Of a stretch of DNA of 64,000 nucleotides, positions 13,455-26,554 are shown one piece after another. Position numbers and translations under genes: made by a program. Position 1 is the stretch's first letter. Each line of letters starts with the position of its first letter. The notes under the pieces are model-generated. The model searched no databases and had not been told where the DNA came from. It was given only the letters and a program-made list of their open reading frames with translations. This stretch comes from Cystobasidiomycetes sp. EMM_F5 (lineage: Eukaryota), in the NCBI GenBank assembly GCA_051047955.1, contig JBPGPT010000029.1, positions 1-64,000 on the forward strand, written 5' to 3'.

Positions 13455-13925
13455 GGCGGACGCGGAGCAGCGAGAAGAGGACTGAAGGGAACAGGGTATG
13501 ACGAATCGGAAGCAAAACAGGAGAGGAACTCTTACAAGATATCACATGCATACGCCAAGGCTTGCGGAATGCTACATGGCCTTAATGATTCGGCATGGCT
13601 TTTGGGACATGTAGGACAAAAGCCCGCTGCATCGGCCTCGAGTTCTGGCTATCGTGGAAAACGTCAGCGACTCAGCACATCTGTATCCTGTATCCTCTTG
13701 AGCATCAGCAGTCTGTCAGCATTCTTCCTGTTGCAATGGCCCGAAGTGCCCATCATTGTCAGTTTGAATGCTATCGCAACCGGACAAAAGCGTCAGTGTC
13801 AGTCTGTGAATTTTGTATCGTCTCATCACATTTCCCAGCATGTATTCGTTGTAATGTGCATTCCACCTCGTTATCTTCATTACATTGGTTGCTTACCAAG
13901 ATACACCTGTTTGTTGTCGACATCA

Positions 13926-13931
13926 ACGCGT
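13926..13931. promoter_or_regulatory. Candidate MCB (MluI cell-cycle box) ACGCGT
   Basis: A perfect ACGCGT about 105 bp upstream of the RPA1 ATG. RFA1 is MBF-regulated through MCBs in yeasts. Confidence 0.5.
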
Positions 13932-14034
13932 CAGAAGTCTACCAACTCAGCAACAAGCTGGAACTGAGCTGGAAATTGGGACACGCTGAAGCTCTGAGCA
14001 GGACACAGAACATACTCAATAGCCAGCCATTACA

Positions 14035-16360
14035 ATGGACGAAGTCGAGCTCACCGTTGGAGCTGTACGCGAGATCCGCGTAAACGGCGGTGATGGCGTA
14101 GTTGGGCCAATACTTCAGGTAAATGCACTTGTCAATACTGATTGCTGAGCATATGCTGAGCTGGGTCGGCTTCTCAAGTGCCTCTCGACGAAAGCCGTCG
14201 GGACTCAGGGTGCAACGCGCTACAGGTCCATCCTGTCGGATTCCCAGACGTTCATTCAAGCAATGTTTGCGACGAGCCTGAATGCAATGGTCGACGATGG
14301 AGTAATGACAAAGAACTGCATCGTCCGAGTGGACGAGTATACCGTCAACACCGTAAAGGACAAGACGTGAGTCAGCCGGACCTTGTTGTTTATGCGTTGA
14401 ACCATCTGTCGGAGGGGTTGAGCGAGTGAGCAGATTACTGATGTAAAGTTGCTACGACAGTATCATGATTGTCCACAAGCTCGAAGTTGTCGCGGAAGCT
14501 GAAGGCAAGATTGGAGAACCAGCTGCCATAGAATCGTACCTACAAGCAGAAGCAGCAAAGAGTGATCCAGCAGACGGCAACGACGACATGCAGCAGGACA
14601 TTAAACCAAAGGCGCAACAAAACAATCCGTACGCTGCAAATGGGAATGGCAATGCAAGTCGAGGAGGAGCAAGTTCACGTGGCGGAAGAGGTGGTGCAAC
14701 ATCTGGACGAGGTGGTGGAAATGCAGGACGCGGAGGCGGAAACAACATGGGAGGAGGAGGAGGCATGTCGTCCCAACAGCATCCCATCTATCCCATCGAA
14801 GGTCTGTCACCCTACCAAAACAAGTGGACCATTAAAGCACGCGTCACCAACAAGTCGGACATTCGACACTGGTCAAATCAAAAAGGTGATGGTAAACTCT
14901 TCTCGTGCGTGTTCATGGACGAGACGGGAGAGATCAAAGCGACGGGTTTCAATGATGCCGTCGACGCGTTTTACAACCTCCTCGAAGAAGGCAAAGTCTA
15001 CTTTGTCTCGAAGGCGAGGATTCAGATTGCAAAGAAGCAATTCAACAACGTCAACAACGAGTACGAGATTACTCTCGACAACTCGTCTGAGATTTCACTC
15101 GTAAGTCTTGCGCATGCACCTCATCATTTGCAATACATGAATGGACCACTGATGTCCGCTCTGTTTATAGTGCACCGACACGGAAAATATCCCTCAAGTC
15201 AAATACAACTTTGTTCAATTATCTGAACTCGAGTCTGTCGAACCGAATGCCATGATTGATGTACTGGGAGTGGTCAGGGACGTTGGCGAGGTCGGACAAA
15301 TCGTCAGCAAGGCTACACAGCGGCCTGTGAGCGTGACTCTGGTCAATTTGCTCGCCTTCATCTACTGACCACTGCGCAAAATACAGATTGTGAAGCGAGA
15401 ATTGACGATTGTCGACATGTCTGGCATGTCTGTAAAAATGACTTTATGGGGACGACAAGCGGAACAGTTCACAGGCCCTGATGATGGCTCTGCTCCACTG
15501 TACGCCTTCAAGGGCGTCAAGGTGGGCGATTTCGGGGGACGATCATTGTCAATGATGTCGTCTAGCAGCATGATTGTTGATCCTGATGTTGCTGAAGCGC
15601 ACGAGTTGCGTGGGTGGTACGATTCTTCTGGGACAAGTTCCAATTTCACATCGTACACCAACGACATGTCTGGAGGTGGTGCGAGTGGCGGACAGGGAGC
15701 AATGAGGCCAGAAAACTTCAAATTGATTGGACAGGCCAAGGAACAGATGTTGGGAACTGGAGATCAGCCAGACTACTTTTGCGTGAGGGGCCAGCTCGTC
15801 TTTGTCAAGAAGGATGGATTGTCGTACCCCGCCTGCCCAACGGACAGATGCAACAAGAAGATTTTCCAGGAGGACAACGATGTATGGCGATGTAGCAAGT
15901 GTGACAAGACGCACACTGCTCCAGAGTATCGGTGAGTTTTAAGATCTTGGGATGTGACAGCTGGTAGAGACTGATACGGGTTCGGTGTAGCTACGTTCTG
16001 TCTGGTCAGATTGCGGACTTTACAGGCTTCTTATACATGAGCGCCTTTAATGAGATTGGCCAGCAACTCCTCGGCCACACTGCCGACGAGATGGAGGCGC
16101 TGAGACATGCTGACGAAGCTGCCTTCAACAATGCCATCGACAAGGCCATGGGAACATCCTGGGATGTCTCTGTCAGAGCAAAGAATGAGGTCTACAATGA
16201 CCAGCAAAAGATCAGGTATCAAATCCTCAAGGCGTCGCCGTGAGTGCGAGGTACACGGATTGCCGTATCGCGTGGCTGATGACCGACGTTTCTCTGCAGA
16301 GTAAAATGGTCCGGCGAAGAGGGCAAGCGATTGATTGATGCTATTGCTGCGTACGACTGA
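14035..16360 (+). CDS. RFA1: Replication protein A 70 kDa subunit
   Basis: [60 protein letters not shown], zinc ribbon [12 protein letters not shown]...WRCSKC. ATG 14035 ([11 protein letters not shown]), stop 16360. Confidence 0.97.
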
Positions 16361-16905
16361 GGCAGAGAGGGTATGATATCTGATGTCTGTAAAGGAAAAG
16401 TGGCTCCACCCTCCACGGGTTACCCCGCTTTCGAATCTCTCAAAAAAAACCGGCGGGTCAAATGGGGGGTGTCTTTTCTGTTTGTACGCCGTGTAATCGC
16501 AGTCTGAAGTGTGTCGCGTGCCTCATTACAATAAATGTAGACAAATCTTCAATCTTTTGCGTTGTTTTGCGTGCGGATCCAAATTTCTTGAGTCGTCCAA
16601 GCCCTAATCTGGGCAGCACCGCCGAGCAGTCTTCTGCTTTGCCGCATACACGGAGAACAGGGTGACTGCTGGACGACGACGACGAGGACGACAGGATTGA
16701 GGATTACAACCACAGACGGGGCATCGATAATCGCGAGAGCTGCGATTGATCAAGCTCAAGCGCAAGCTCCCCGAAACATTTCAAGATATCAGTACATTCC
16801 CTCTGGATTCTCACACATCGCACTGCATAGCCGCACTCGCATCCACTCTGCGACCACACTCGTCTTTTCCGATTTGAAATATCGTATACTCTGCAGAAAT
16901 TCATA

Positions 16906-18784
16906 ATGAAGCTCAAGGCTACGGGAAGCAAGGCGGCTCTCTTGGGAGCTGCGGCTGCAATGCTGGCTGCAGTCGGCGTGCAGGCTCAAGCACTCGCTGA
17001 GCCGCCAGCTGGCCAGTTTGTGTTTGGTGAGTATCGTGCATCACGGCCGGGAGTCTCGCCACGCCAGGAGAAAGATTGTGAAATGGCTAACGAGGTTGTT
17101 GGTGTGGTCTAGGCATATGGGCTCAGTCGGATCCAGGCTACCAGTGAGTCCGAGTATCTCTCGCACATCTCGAAACCGCGCTGAAGTGATGCCGCCCAAC
17201 AGGGAAACACCCGCCCAGCTCAACATCCGGGGAAACTTCAACTTTCCAATCTTTGAAATGGGACAGCCTATCCCAGTACCGCGATACAACTTTAGTGCGT
17301 TTCGTTCACCCATTGCACTTAGACTCGCCCTGACCTTTTTCGCCGTTGCAAATCAGCCACCGGCGTAGGTGGACCGATACCAGAGGTGGGCAGAATTGTT
17401 CATGGCAGAGAGTCACCACACTGATTCGAATATTCGCAGGCATACATCGCAGCTACAGGAACGGATGCCGATATCTTCCTGACTGTATACCCACGCAACG
17501 GGCTATCAAACGTAACCGACAGCGATATTCTCTCGCTTGGACTGCAGATCCGCACATATCAAGGCAGCGGTCGCACAGTCTTTCTGCGATGGGGTCCAGA
17601 GATGAATGGCAACTGGATGGTGTATGGCCTGCAGCCTACCGCATTCAAGTCGCTGTGGATCAGAATGTACACCATCATCAAGTCTGAGGCGCCAGACACT
17701 GTCATCGTATGGTCCCCCAACACGGGCTACTCGTACCCGTTCGGAGCGTCACTTTCGAGCGTCGCATCTGCTGCAGACCGTCGTGCCCTCGACACCAACA
17801 ACGATGGCCAGCTCACTTCTGCCGACGATCCATACTCGCCATTCTACCCTGGTGATCAGTACGTCGACTGGAACGGCTACTCAATGTACTACAAAGGGCC
17901 AGATTTTGCAAATATCAATCAGAATCAAGTACGAGGCTACTTTTACGATGTCATCCACGGTATCTCTCCGTATGCCAGCCAGGGCAATACCGTCGATTGG
18001 TATCAGACATACTGCGCCCAAAAGCCAACAAAGGCATGTGTCATTTCCGAAGCCGGCGCAGCGTACCATACCTCTCCGAACTTGATGAGAAGCCAGGTCA
18101 ACACGCAGCTACAAATCCAGCAGACGTGGTGGAGAGACGGACCACTGAACCAGACGCTGCTCAGCACACATCCGCGACTCAAGATGTACATCCAATTCGA
18201 ATTTATCAAGAATGAGACGGACGGAGGCGTCTTGGATGAGAGGGATTATCGAATTTTGAACAACTCCGCAGTCAATGCGGCTTTCCAGAGCGATCTATCT
18301 TCTTACGCTACTAGATATGTTACGGCCAACATGACGACGTCGGCAGCTCCCAACTCTACCGCTTTCCACCTTACACCTTCCGGTCCAGTCGTCACTGCGA
18401 CAGTCACACCTGCTGGGGGAAGTGCCATCACCGCGACATACACTCAAGTGAGTGCATTAGATGAGACAGTCTTGAGGCAACTACTGATCACGCGTTCATG
18501 TCATGTAGTTCTACAGCGGACCATTCGCAAACTACTCTTACGTCGCTACCCGCGATCCTCTGGCCAATCCTACAGGTACATCGACCCTTACAGGTGTCCC
18601 GACCGCCCCGGCTGCGGCAGGCGGTATCGGTGCCGCTGGGAATGGACAAAACACGGCTCCGAGTCTGTACGGCAACAATGCAGCATCTCCTGGAAGCAGT
18701 GTAGTGGGCACCGTCACTCTGTCCATCATGACTGTCGCTGCGGCCTTGTTTGGAGGATTCACACTCATCTCTTGGGTCGTGTAG
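16906..18784 (+). CDS. Glycoside hydrolase family 26 (beta-mannanase/glucanase-like), secreted, probably GPI-anchored
   Basis: Signal peptide; FLRWGPEMNGNW (acid/base Glu), VWSPN, YPGDQYVDWNG, ISEAGA (nucleophile); S/T-rich linker; hydrophobic C-terminus SIMTVAAALFGGFTLISWVV*. Confidence 0.85.
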
Positions 18785-19079
18785 GGATATCCGTCTGTCA
18801 ATCTGCATTTCTCAACACTATACCCTGTTCCTCAAATCCAATGGACACATTCTATTCTGCTTATTCTGATTACTCTTCAGCAATCTTATCTGATTTCTTG
18901 TTTGTATCAACCCAAAAAGTGGGGCAATTTCACCCCTATTAGCCGGACTTTCGCGTTGTTTGGTGTCTAGCCTGTCCATAGGTCGTTTACGAGTTGGGTC
19001 AACTGTTCAAAGGTATTCTCCGCTTTTGAGGTTTGATGTGTCTCTTTGCGAGCTTTTCAAGCTTTCGACGACGCTGTCG

Positions 19080-22000
19080 ATGAGCTTTGCGCTGCTGCTG
19101 CTGCGACGGACACCAGTCGCAACTCGATACCCACGCTCGTTGACGAGGTGCTGGAGCAGAGCAAAGAGCAACGCCAGTCTGGCTGGCAGTATTTCAACGC
19201 AAGAACTGGCAACTTGGGAGCCATCGCATCCAGCGCTGACCAGGCAAAAGCAGCAACGCAGTCACAGCCCCGAGACCGCAAAGCACCGCAGCAGACCGTC
19301 CTCCGCCATGCAGGTCGACCAGTCTTTGTTCGAAAAGCCAGCGACGTCTGCAGCTCAAATTATTGACGGCAATGGAATCGCAAAGTCGGTCGAGCTGATG
19401 AATTGGATGGACTCGAACTTGTTGTGACTGACTCTTTATCTCGCTCTGGCTCTTGTGCCGTATACCGCTTTTCAGATCCATTCGCGACCAGATTGCGACT
19501 CGGGTTTCGACAATACAGCAGCAGTACACCCATTTCCGACCTCATCTGGCTATCATTCAACAGGGTGCTCGTCCAGACTCGAGCGTCTATGTGCGAATGA
19601 AGGCGAAAGCAGCCGCCGAGGCAAACATCGGCTTCACCCATGTCGTTCTGCCAGACGATGCGACCGAAGAGCAGGTGATGCGGGCTATTGAAGAGCTCAA
19701 CGGCGACGAGAAGGTCTCCGGTCTGCTTGTGCAGCTGCCGCTCTCCGCATCTATCGGTAAGGACGGGGAGAGGAGAATAACAGAAGCAGTCAGCCCTAAA
19801 AAAGACGTCGACGGATTCCATGCGTACAATATTGGACTGCTGTCATCGAGAGCCTCCGAACCTCTCTTCCTGCCATGTACTCCAGCAGGCGTAATGGTTC
19901 TTTTGGCAAGCACCGGAATCAATCTATCTGGAAAACATGCCGTCGTACTGGGACGCAGCGATATTGTTGGATCGCCGGTTTGCGCAATGCTGCGGCGAAA
20001 GGATGCCACTGTTACGCAGTGCCATAGCAGAACTCAGAACCTTCCAGAGATCGTGCGTCCTTCTTAACGGACAAATTCTAACTGTGTTGACTAGTCGGAT
20101 GATAGATCAAACAAGCGGACGTGGTCATCGCTGCTATCGGTCAAGCTCACTTTGTCAAGGGAGAGTGGTTAAAGCCAGGCGCGGTGGTTATCGACGTCGG
20201 TACCAACTATATCCCTGGTGAGTATTGTTGATGACTGCTGCTCTATAGGCCCCTTTCTCACGCTATCGCTTGATGCTGCTTTGTAGACGCAAGCAAGAAG
20301 AGCGGTCAAAGATTGGTCGGCGATGTTGACTACGACTCGGCAAAGAAAGTTGCATCGTACATCACGCCCGTACCAGGAGGCGTAGGCCCGATGACGGTCG
20401 CTATGCTAATGCAAAATACGCTAGTCTCAGCCGAGCGATGGCTTCAGAAGAGCCTACAGCGCATCATCAAACCGCTTCACCTAGAGCTTCTCGAAAAGGT
20501 GCCGAGCGATATTGAAATTGCATCGGCGCAAGTACCAAAGCACGTTGACGTTTTGGCTGAGGAAGTCGGCATTGCGACTGGGGAATTGGATCTTTACGGA
20601 AAGTACAAGGCAAAAGTCTCGTTGGATCTCTTGAAACGCTTGCAGCATCGTAAGGATGGAAAATATATCGTCGTAGCGGGAATCACCCCAACTCCGCTCG
20701 GCGAGGGCAAATCGACCACAACTATTGGTCTAGCCCAGGCGCTTGGTGCTCACCTTGGCAAAGTTGCTTTCGCCTGTGTACGACAACCGTCTCAAGGTCC
20801 TACATTCGGTATTAAAGGTGGTGCAGCGGGCGGAGGCTACTCGCAGGTCATCCCGATGGACGAATTCAACTTGCATCTAACTGGCGATATACACGCCATT
20901 ACCGCTGCTAATAATTTATTGGCCGCAGCTATCGATGCGAGGTATTTTCACGAAAGTACGCAATCCAACAAGGCGCTCTTCAACCGACTCTGCCCACCCA
21001 AGAAAGGTGTCAGAACATTTGCACCAGTCATGATGAAGCGATTAGAGAAGTTGGGTATCAACAAGACGAACCCGGATGAGCTGACAGAGGAAGAGCAAGG
21101 TCGTTTTGCTCGCCTCGACATCGACCCTGCTGCCGTTACCTGGCAGAGAGTTCTGGATGTCAACGATCGCTACCTGCGGAAGATCACCATCGGACAAGCA
21201 GCCACCGAGAAGGGTCTTACTCGCGACACTGGCTTCGATATTGCAGTCGCCAGCGAGTGCATGGCTGTTCTTGCACTGGCAACCGACCTCAAGGATATGA
21301 AGGAACGCCTCGGCAGAATGGTAGTAGCGACCAGCAAAGCTGGCGAGCCCATTACTGCCGACGATATCGGTGTCACTGGCTCCCTTGCTATATTGATGAA
21401 GGATGCCATCAAGCCGAATCTGATGCAGACACTGGAGGGAACTCCAGTATTTGTGCATGCTGGACCATTTGCCAATATCGCTCACGGCAACTCGTCCATT
21501 TTGGCTGACAAGATTGCCCTGAAACTTGCTGGTGTCGAACAAGGGCAGTCTGCTGATGACTACGGCTACGTCATCACGGAAGCAGGCTTTGGAGCGGATA
21601 TCGGAATGGAAAAGTTCTGTAATATCAAGTGCCGCATCTCAGGCCTGAACCCAAATGCAGTAGTCCTCGTCGCGACCATCAGAGCACTCAAGATGCATGG
21701 AGGTGGACCAGAAGTCACGCCTGGCAAACCGCTATCTGAAATATATCTAAAAGAAAATCTCGAAGTGCTTGAGAAAGGCTGCTGCAATCTCATACGACAT
21801 GTGCAGAATTCCAAGAAATTCGGCATGAAAGTCATTGTCGCTATCAACCGTTTCACGTAAGCTCTACCACGCAGCGCCTGAAGCCTGTGGACAACGACTG
21901 ATTCGATGTGTTTCCTGTTTGAACAGAAACGATTCCGACGCCGAGCTGGAATTAGTGAAAAAGATTGCTCTCGAAGCCGGAGCCGACGCAGCAGTACCTG

Positions 22001-22452
22001 CCAATCACTGGGCAGAGGGAGGCAAAGGCGCTGTCGAACTTGCTAAAGCAGTTATCGACGTCTGCAAGGAGCCGAACGACTTCAAACTGCTCTACGCTGA
22101 CGAGCTATCAATCAAGGACAAGATTGCCTCCATCGCAACGGAGATCTACCATGCTGCCGACGTATCGTACTCTGAAGAAGCCGAAAAGCAGATCGAACTA
22201 TACACAAAGAATGGCTTTGCCAATCTACCCATCTGTATGGCAAAGACGCAGTACTCATTCTCCGATGATGCATCAGCCAAAGGCGCCCCTAGCGGCTTTA
22301 CTCTGCCGATTCGTGAAGTCAGAGCGTCCATCGGTGCGGGTTTCATTTATCCACTGGTCGGTACGATGCAGACCATGCCAGGATTGAGCACACGTCCAGG
22401 CTTCTTTGATCAAGATTTGACCGACGATGGCACAATCATAGGCTTATCATGA
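19080..22452 (+). CDS. ADE3: C1-tetrahydrofolate synthase (trifunctional)
   Basis: [88 protein letters not shown]. Confidence 0.97.
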
Positions 22453-22874
22453 CACAAATATGTGCTTCACGAACCTCCTGTTGTCAAGCGGTCAGCAATA
22501 TCGGTACACTCCCATCCATCCGAATGCAGAAGACTGATCGCCCTCAGGAGCGACCATTGAGAGAGCTGTACTGTCAGCAAGGCCGGATTGGGGCTTTGTT
22601 GAACTGTCATGCCGCATTGTACTGACTCTTGGAGAACTGCTGGAAGGCGGCGAAGTCTCATAGCTTTAGGAGCCTATCTGAACAGAAGTATCGCCTTGAC
22701 GTGGCGCAGCTCGTCTTTTTGCATGAAGTTATACAACGGCACGTAGTGCAAAGCCCTTACGACTTCCAAATCTGATCGCTGTTGAATCGCCGCAAGGATG
22801 CACGCCGGTGCACGCCGCGGCGCATGCGTCAGGTATAGAGCTTCCAATTTGTCCGGCATTTTCGAACTTTGCTG

Positions 22875-24814
22875 TTACTGAACCACTTTCTTCAGTACGA
22901 GGACAGTCTTCATGCTTCTAAAGATACACTTCATCAGTTTCGCCGTCATTCCTGCGTCAGCTCGGCGGCACTGACTTTGGCACCACGAAGAAGTGTTCAA
23001 CAGGCATCATAGTTACCTCGGTCGTGGCTGGGTGAGGCAGAATCTCCCAGCGGCGTATTACCATGGCCATTATAAGCCGCATTTCTGCCCAAGCCAGACT
23101 AAGAGTCTGTCAGCTTGACATCAAATTCAGCGTGATGCAGAAACCTCACTTCATTCCTACGCAATTCCGAGCTCCAGTACTGAACGGGATGAAGGCGTTG
23201 CGCATCTCCGCAGTCTCGTTGAACCACCTCTCCGGCATGAACCTGTCGCCTTGCACGAAGATGTTGGCATCTCGATGCATCGTGTACGCCGTTGCTGTAA
23301 CATCAGTCCCTCCAGGTAAGAACAGCCCACATAACAGGGTTCCTTCGCTTGGCACAGTTCTCTCCAAAGGGCCGGGGAGTGTAGGCCATCGCCGCAGTAC
23401 TTCTTTCAAGAATGCATTGAACAGAGGCAGAGCCTCAAGATCCTTGAGGCGAGGCGGACTATCAGGTTCAGGCATGGCTGGTCGAAGCTCTTCGCGGATG
23501 CGATTTTGTAAATCCGCATCTCGGGAAAGCTCCCAACTACGGGCAGTACGTCGGCTTAAATGTCTGCAATTTTGTCACGATTGATATCTTACCACCCGTA
23601 TGTCATAGCTGTCGAGGTTGTGTCACTACCAGCAATCAGAATAGCGCCAGCTTCTGTGATCATGTGGGCTTTGGTGATAGCCGGATGTCCTACTGACGCT
23701 TGGTGCAGTGACTTTAGCAACTAGTACAGAAATCCCCGCATCAGTAGCTTCACCAATGGTATGCCGGTTGCCTTACGTTTGGTCTGACAGAGTCAGTGTT
23801 GTCCAATTCGCCACTGCTTTGCATTTCGCGTAGAATGTTGAAGCCGTAGTTTTGGAAGAATTTCTCCGCATTGTATAGCTTTGTCAATGGTGGAATCGCT
23901 CTCGTCGACATCAATCGTGCGGCCAAAGGCAGGTTATCTTTGACGATGGCTGTGCAGCAGTCGATTCATTTCGCTGCCACACTTGGACAGAAATCACGCA
24001 TACCTGCGAAGAAGACAGTGGCCATATTCTCGACGAGAGTGGATAATTTTCCACTCTGAGTCATTGCCATATCCTGTCCATAAGCTAAACTTCCTGCAGC
24101 GATAGTAGATATTACCCAATGAACCTTAGACTGGGGAAACATCGTCTTACCAATGATGTCGAAGGCTGCCAATCGCATCCAACGGAAGATATCGACGCAT
24201 CCTGCGTTATCTTGATCCTTTTGCATCTGAGCAATGAGCTGATTTGCATACATCTCTAGATCCGGCCCGAATGCATCGAGATTTGCTTTTTGAAAAAGCG
24301 GTAGAAGCAAACTCCTGCGGTACTTCTGTTCTTTTAGATCTTCTATAATGAGAGCATGCTCCACACTAGCAATGCGCTTTCCCCGATAACGTGTGACGGC
24401 TTTTGTGAATTTGCCGCCGTACACCTTTTTGAGCTCGTCAGGGTCGCTGAAGCTGCAGAGATTTGGGGAGATTCGGACGATGGGACCTCGCGTCAAGGTT
24501 AGCCGTAAGCCCAGACCTCACAAATCAATAATGCACATACCATACTGTTGGTGCAGTTCATGAATCCATTCGGATCGACGACCCCGCACGACCGCTTGGT
24601 ACGTGTCGGGCAGTGACGTGAATTTGCACAAGAGCGGGCCAGGAACCTTGGCTAGAGGTGAAAGTAATGCTAGATAGATGACATGGCCTAGATGCCGAAT
24701 TAAGACCCCTCCGACTACGATAGTGAGGCCGAGCCAGAAAATGTGATAGTTCTGTTCAAGTGGCGCATATTTGGACAAGTCCAGCGACAGATACTGGGAC
24801 ATGTAGCCAGGCAT
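22875..24814 (-). CDS. Cytochrome P450
   Basis: N-terminal TM, PLAKVPGP, GPIVRISPN, I-helix LIAGSDTTS, K-helix KEVLR, PERW, heme motif FSTGARNCVG. The last exon ...KTVLVLKKVVQ* stops at 22875. Confidence 0.95.
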
Positions 24815-24898
24815 TCAGAACAGTCGCTCGCTCGGTGTGAGAGGCGGCAGCGAATCTGCTCGAGCGAAAGGTGCAGCTAACGCTGGACAGACCAGACG

Positions 24899-24918
24899 GT
24901 CCCACATCTTTATGGGAC
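24899..24918. promoter_or_regulatory. Cluster motif site in the P450 promoter: GTCCCAC plus inverted half-site ATGGGAC
   Basis: GTCCCA-CATCTTTA-TGGGAC, 85-104 bp upstream of the P450 ATG. Confidence 0.7.
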
Positions 24919-25539
24919 GCACGTCTGCCCCACAAATCAGTGCCTGTATAGTATCATCAGGCACGCTAATGGTGCGGCCGTGCTGCTCCTGCAGCAGAGA
25001 GTTGAGGGAGTTTAATGTAGTCAGAATGCACACGGTCTAAGAATGGTCCCAAAGCAACCGGATTTGCCAAAAGCGTCATCGACTTTCTCACGTTGTGAAT
25101 GAAGGATCCGGCGATGACACCAGTATTTTTGCGTGAAAGATGTGCTACCAATACGATCCTCTCCAACAGCGATGCGTCCCTATCACTTCAGTTGACATCC
25201 ATGAGCCACGCATCGAGAGTATTGGGCGAGACGCTTAAGTGAAATTATAGAACTGCTGCTTCTGACCTGATAACAAATTTTGTTCAGATGCGAACAAGAA
25301 TGCTGTATGTTGGCCATCGCCTCCTGTCCTTTCAGAGATTACGTGGTGAGCTCTCTAGATCCTTGATGAGCTTTATTTTCAGAGCGTGTACAGTATAGCT
25401 ACAAAGCGTTACAAAGCGTTCGCTGAGCTTGGCATGGCCAGTCGAATAAGCGACGGCCATGGCGCGGCGGAAAGATGTCCCTATTTTATCACGTAACGAC
25501 GGAATGGTCAGATCCGTCCGGTAGAAGCACCATTTGCGT

Positions 25540-26317
25540 TTAGGCCGTGGTTGGCGGATAGGGCATCATGCTATCCATGCATGCTCCAACATCATTTGCG
25601 ACCAAAAAGCGCGATACCATGTTGTACGTTGCAGCTATTGCTGCCATTTCGACGAGCTGCTGCTCAATGGAGCTCGCTTGACGACGTTGGAGGAGTGCTT
25701 GCCGAACCCGGTTGTGTAGATGATCCGGGATACGAATGAGGCAGGTGCAAGCATCAGCGTAGAGAATGGCTGCCCGCTCGAGCTCGTCAGTGAATGGGTT
25801 CTCGCTCGAGGATGAGTCTATATCTCGTGTTAGATCCGAGACCCAGCTGAGTTGCTCATCTGTCACGCCCTCGTCGCGAGCAGGTCCCTCGTGCTGCATC
25901 CACTCGTAGACTGCACGATTGCGCACTGCAATGCGAAGCACCTTTTTCGTCGTCAGAGGTTTAAATCATCGAGCAAGTCAGTATCAAAGCCATGCTCCCT
26001 CCCATGCTTCTCAATAGACGGAGACGGCGCACCATCAGCTCTCTGATATTTCCTGGAATTGAAGTGCCAGATCTGATAGCACCCAGCAGCGCATTCCAAC
26101 CGAGCTGAGGTTGCAAACACATGAGCTCGACATCTAATGCGACGAAGTAAAGAAGACTCACGGCTACCTTTGGCGCGTGCAATAATACTGCGTCCAGCTC
26201 CAAAAGACCCCCAGCACCTCTTCTCTCGCGGATGGCATCGGCGGCGGCAGACACGCCCGGCTCTGGCCATATCGGCGCAATGTATTGCACGGATCTTTCG
26301 GAACGCGCCATGCCCAT
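25540..26317 (-). CDS. Carboxymuconolactone decarboxylase / AhpD-like family protein
   Basis: IRERRGAGGLLELDAVLLHAPKVA | GWNALLGAIRSGTSIPGNIRELM | LRIAVRNRAVYEWMQH...LVEMAAIAATYNMVSRFLVANDV. No AhpD CxxC motif. Confidence 0.85.
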
Positions 26318-26436
26318 CCCAGCTTGACGGATAGATACGCTGTTTTCAATTAGCGATACTCGTGCAATTGCGCTTCTTCAGCGGGCAATCCGCCGTGCTG
26401 CCGGCCTTCAGCGGGTCCCGCAAGTCAACATTTACC

Positions 26437-26446
26437 GTCCCACATC
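26437..26446. promoter_or_regulatory. Cluster motif site in the bidirectional CMD/FAH promoter (GTCCCACATC)
   Basis: 10-bp identity to the P450 site (24899-24908); about 120 bp from the CMD ATG and 112 bp from the FAH ATG. Confidence 0.72.
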
Positions 26447-26554
26447 ATACTGCCAGAACCCGCGTACGAGCATATCCTATGAACGTCTTAAAGCAACCTC
26501 TTCATTCCCGTACCTGCATATATCCAGTTGCTGCTCGTCTCCTCGAAACACGCC

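Noticed and set aside
25401..25461. Tandem ACAAAGCGTT x2 and hairpin CATGGCC-A-GTCG..CGAC-GGCCATG as a Helitron end
   Set aside because: No appropriately placed CTRR terminus and no transposase. It is at most a 3' UTR structure.
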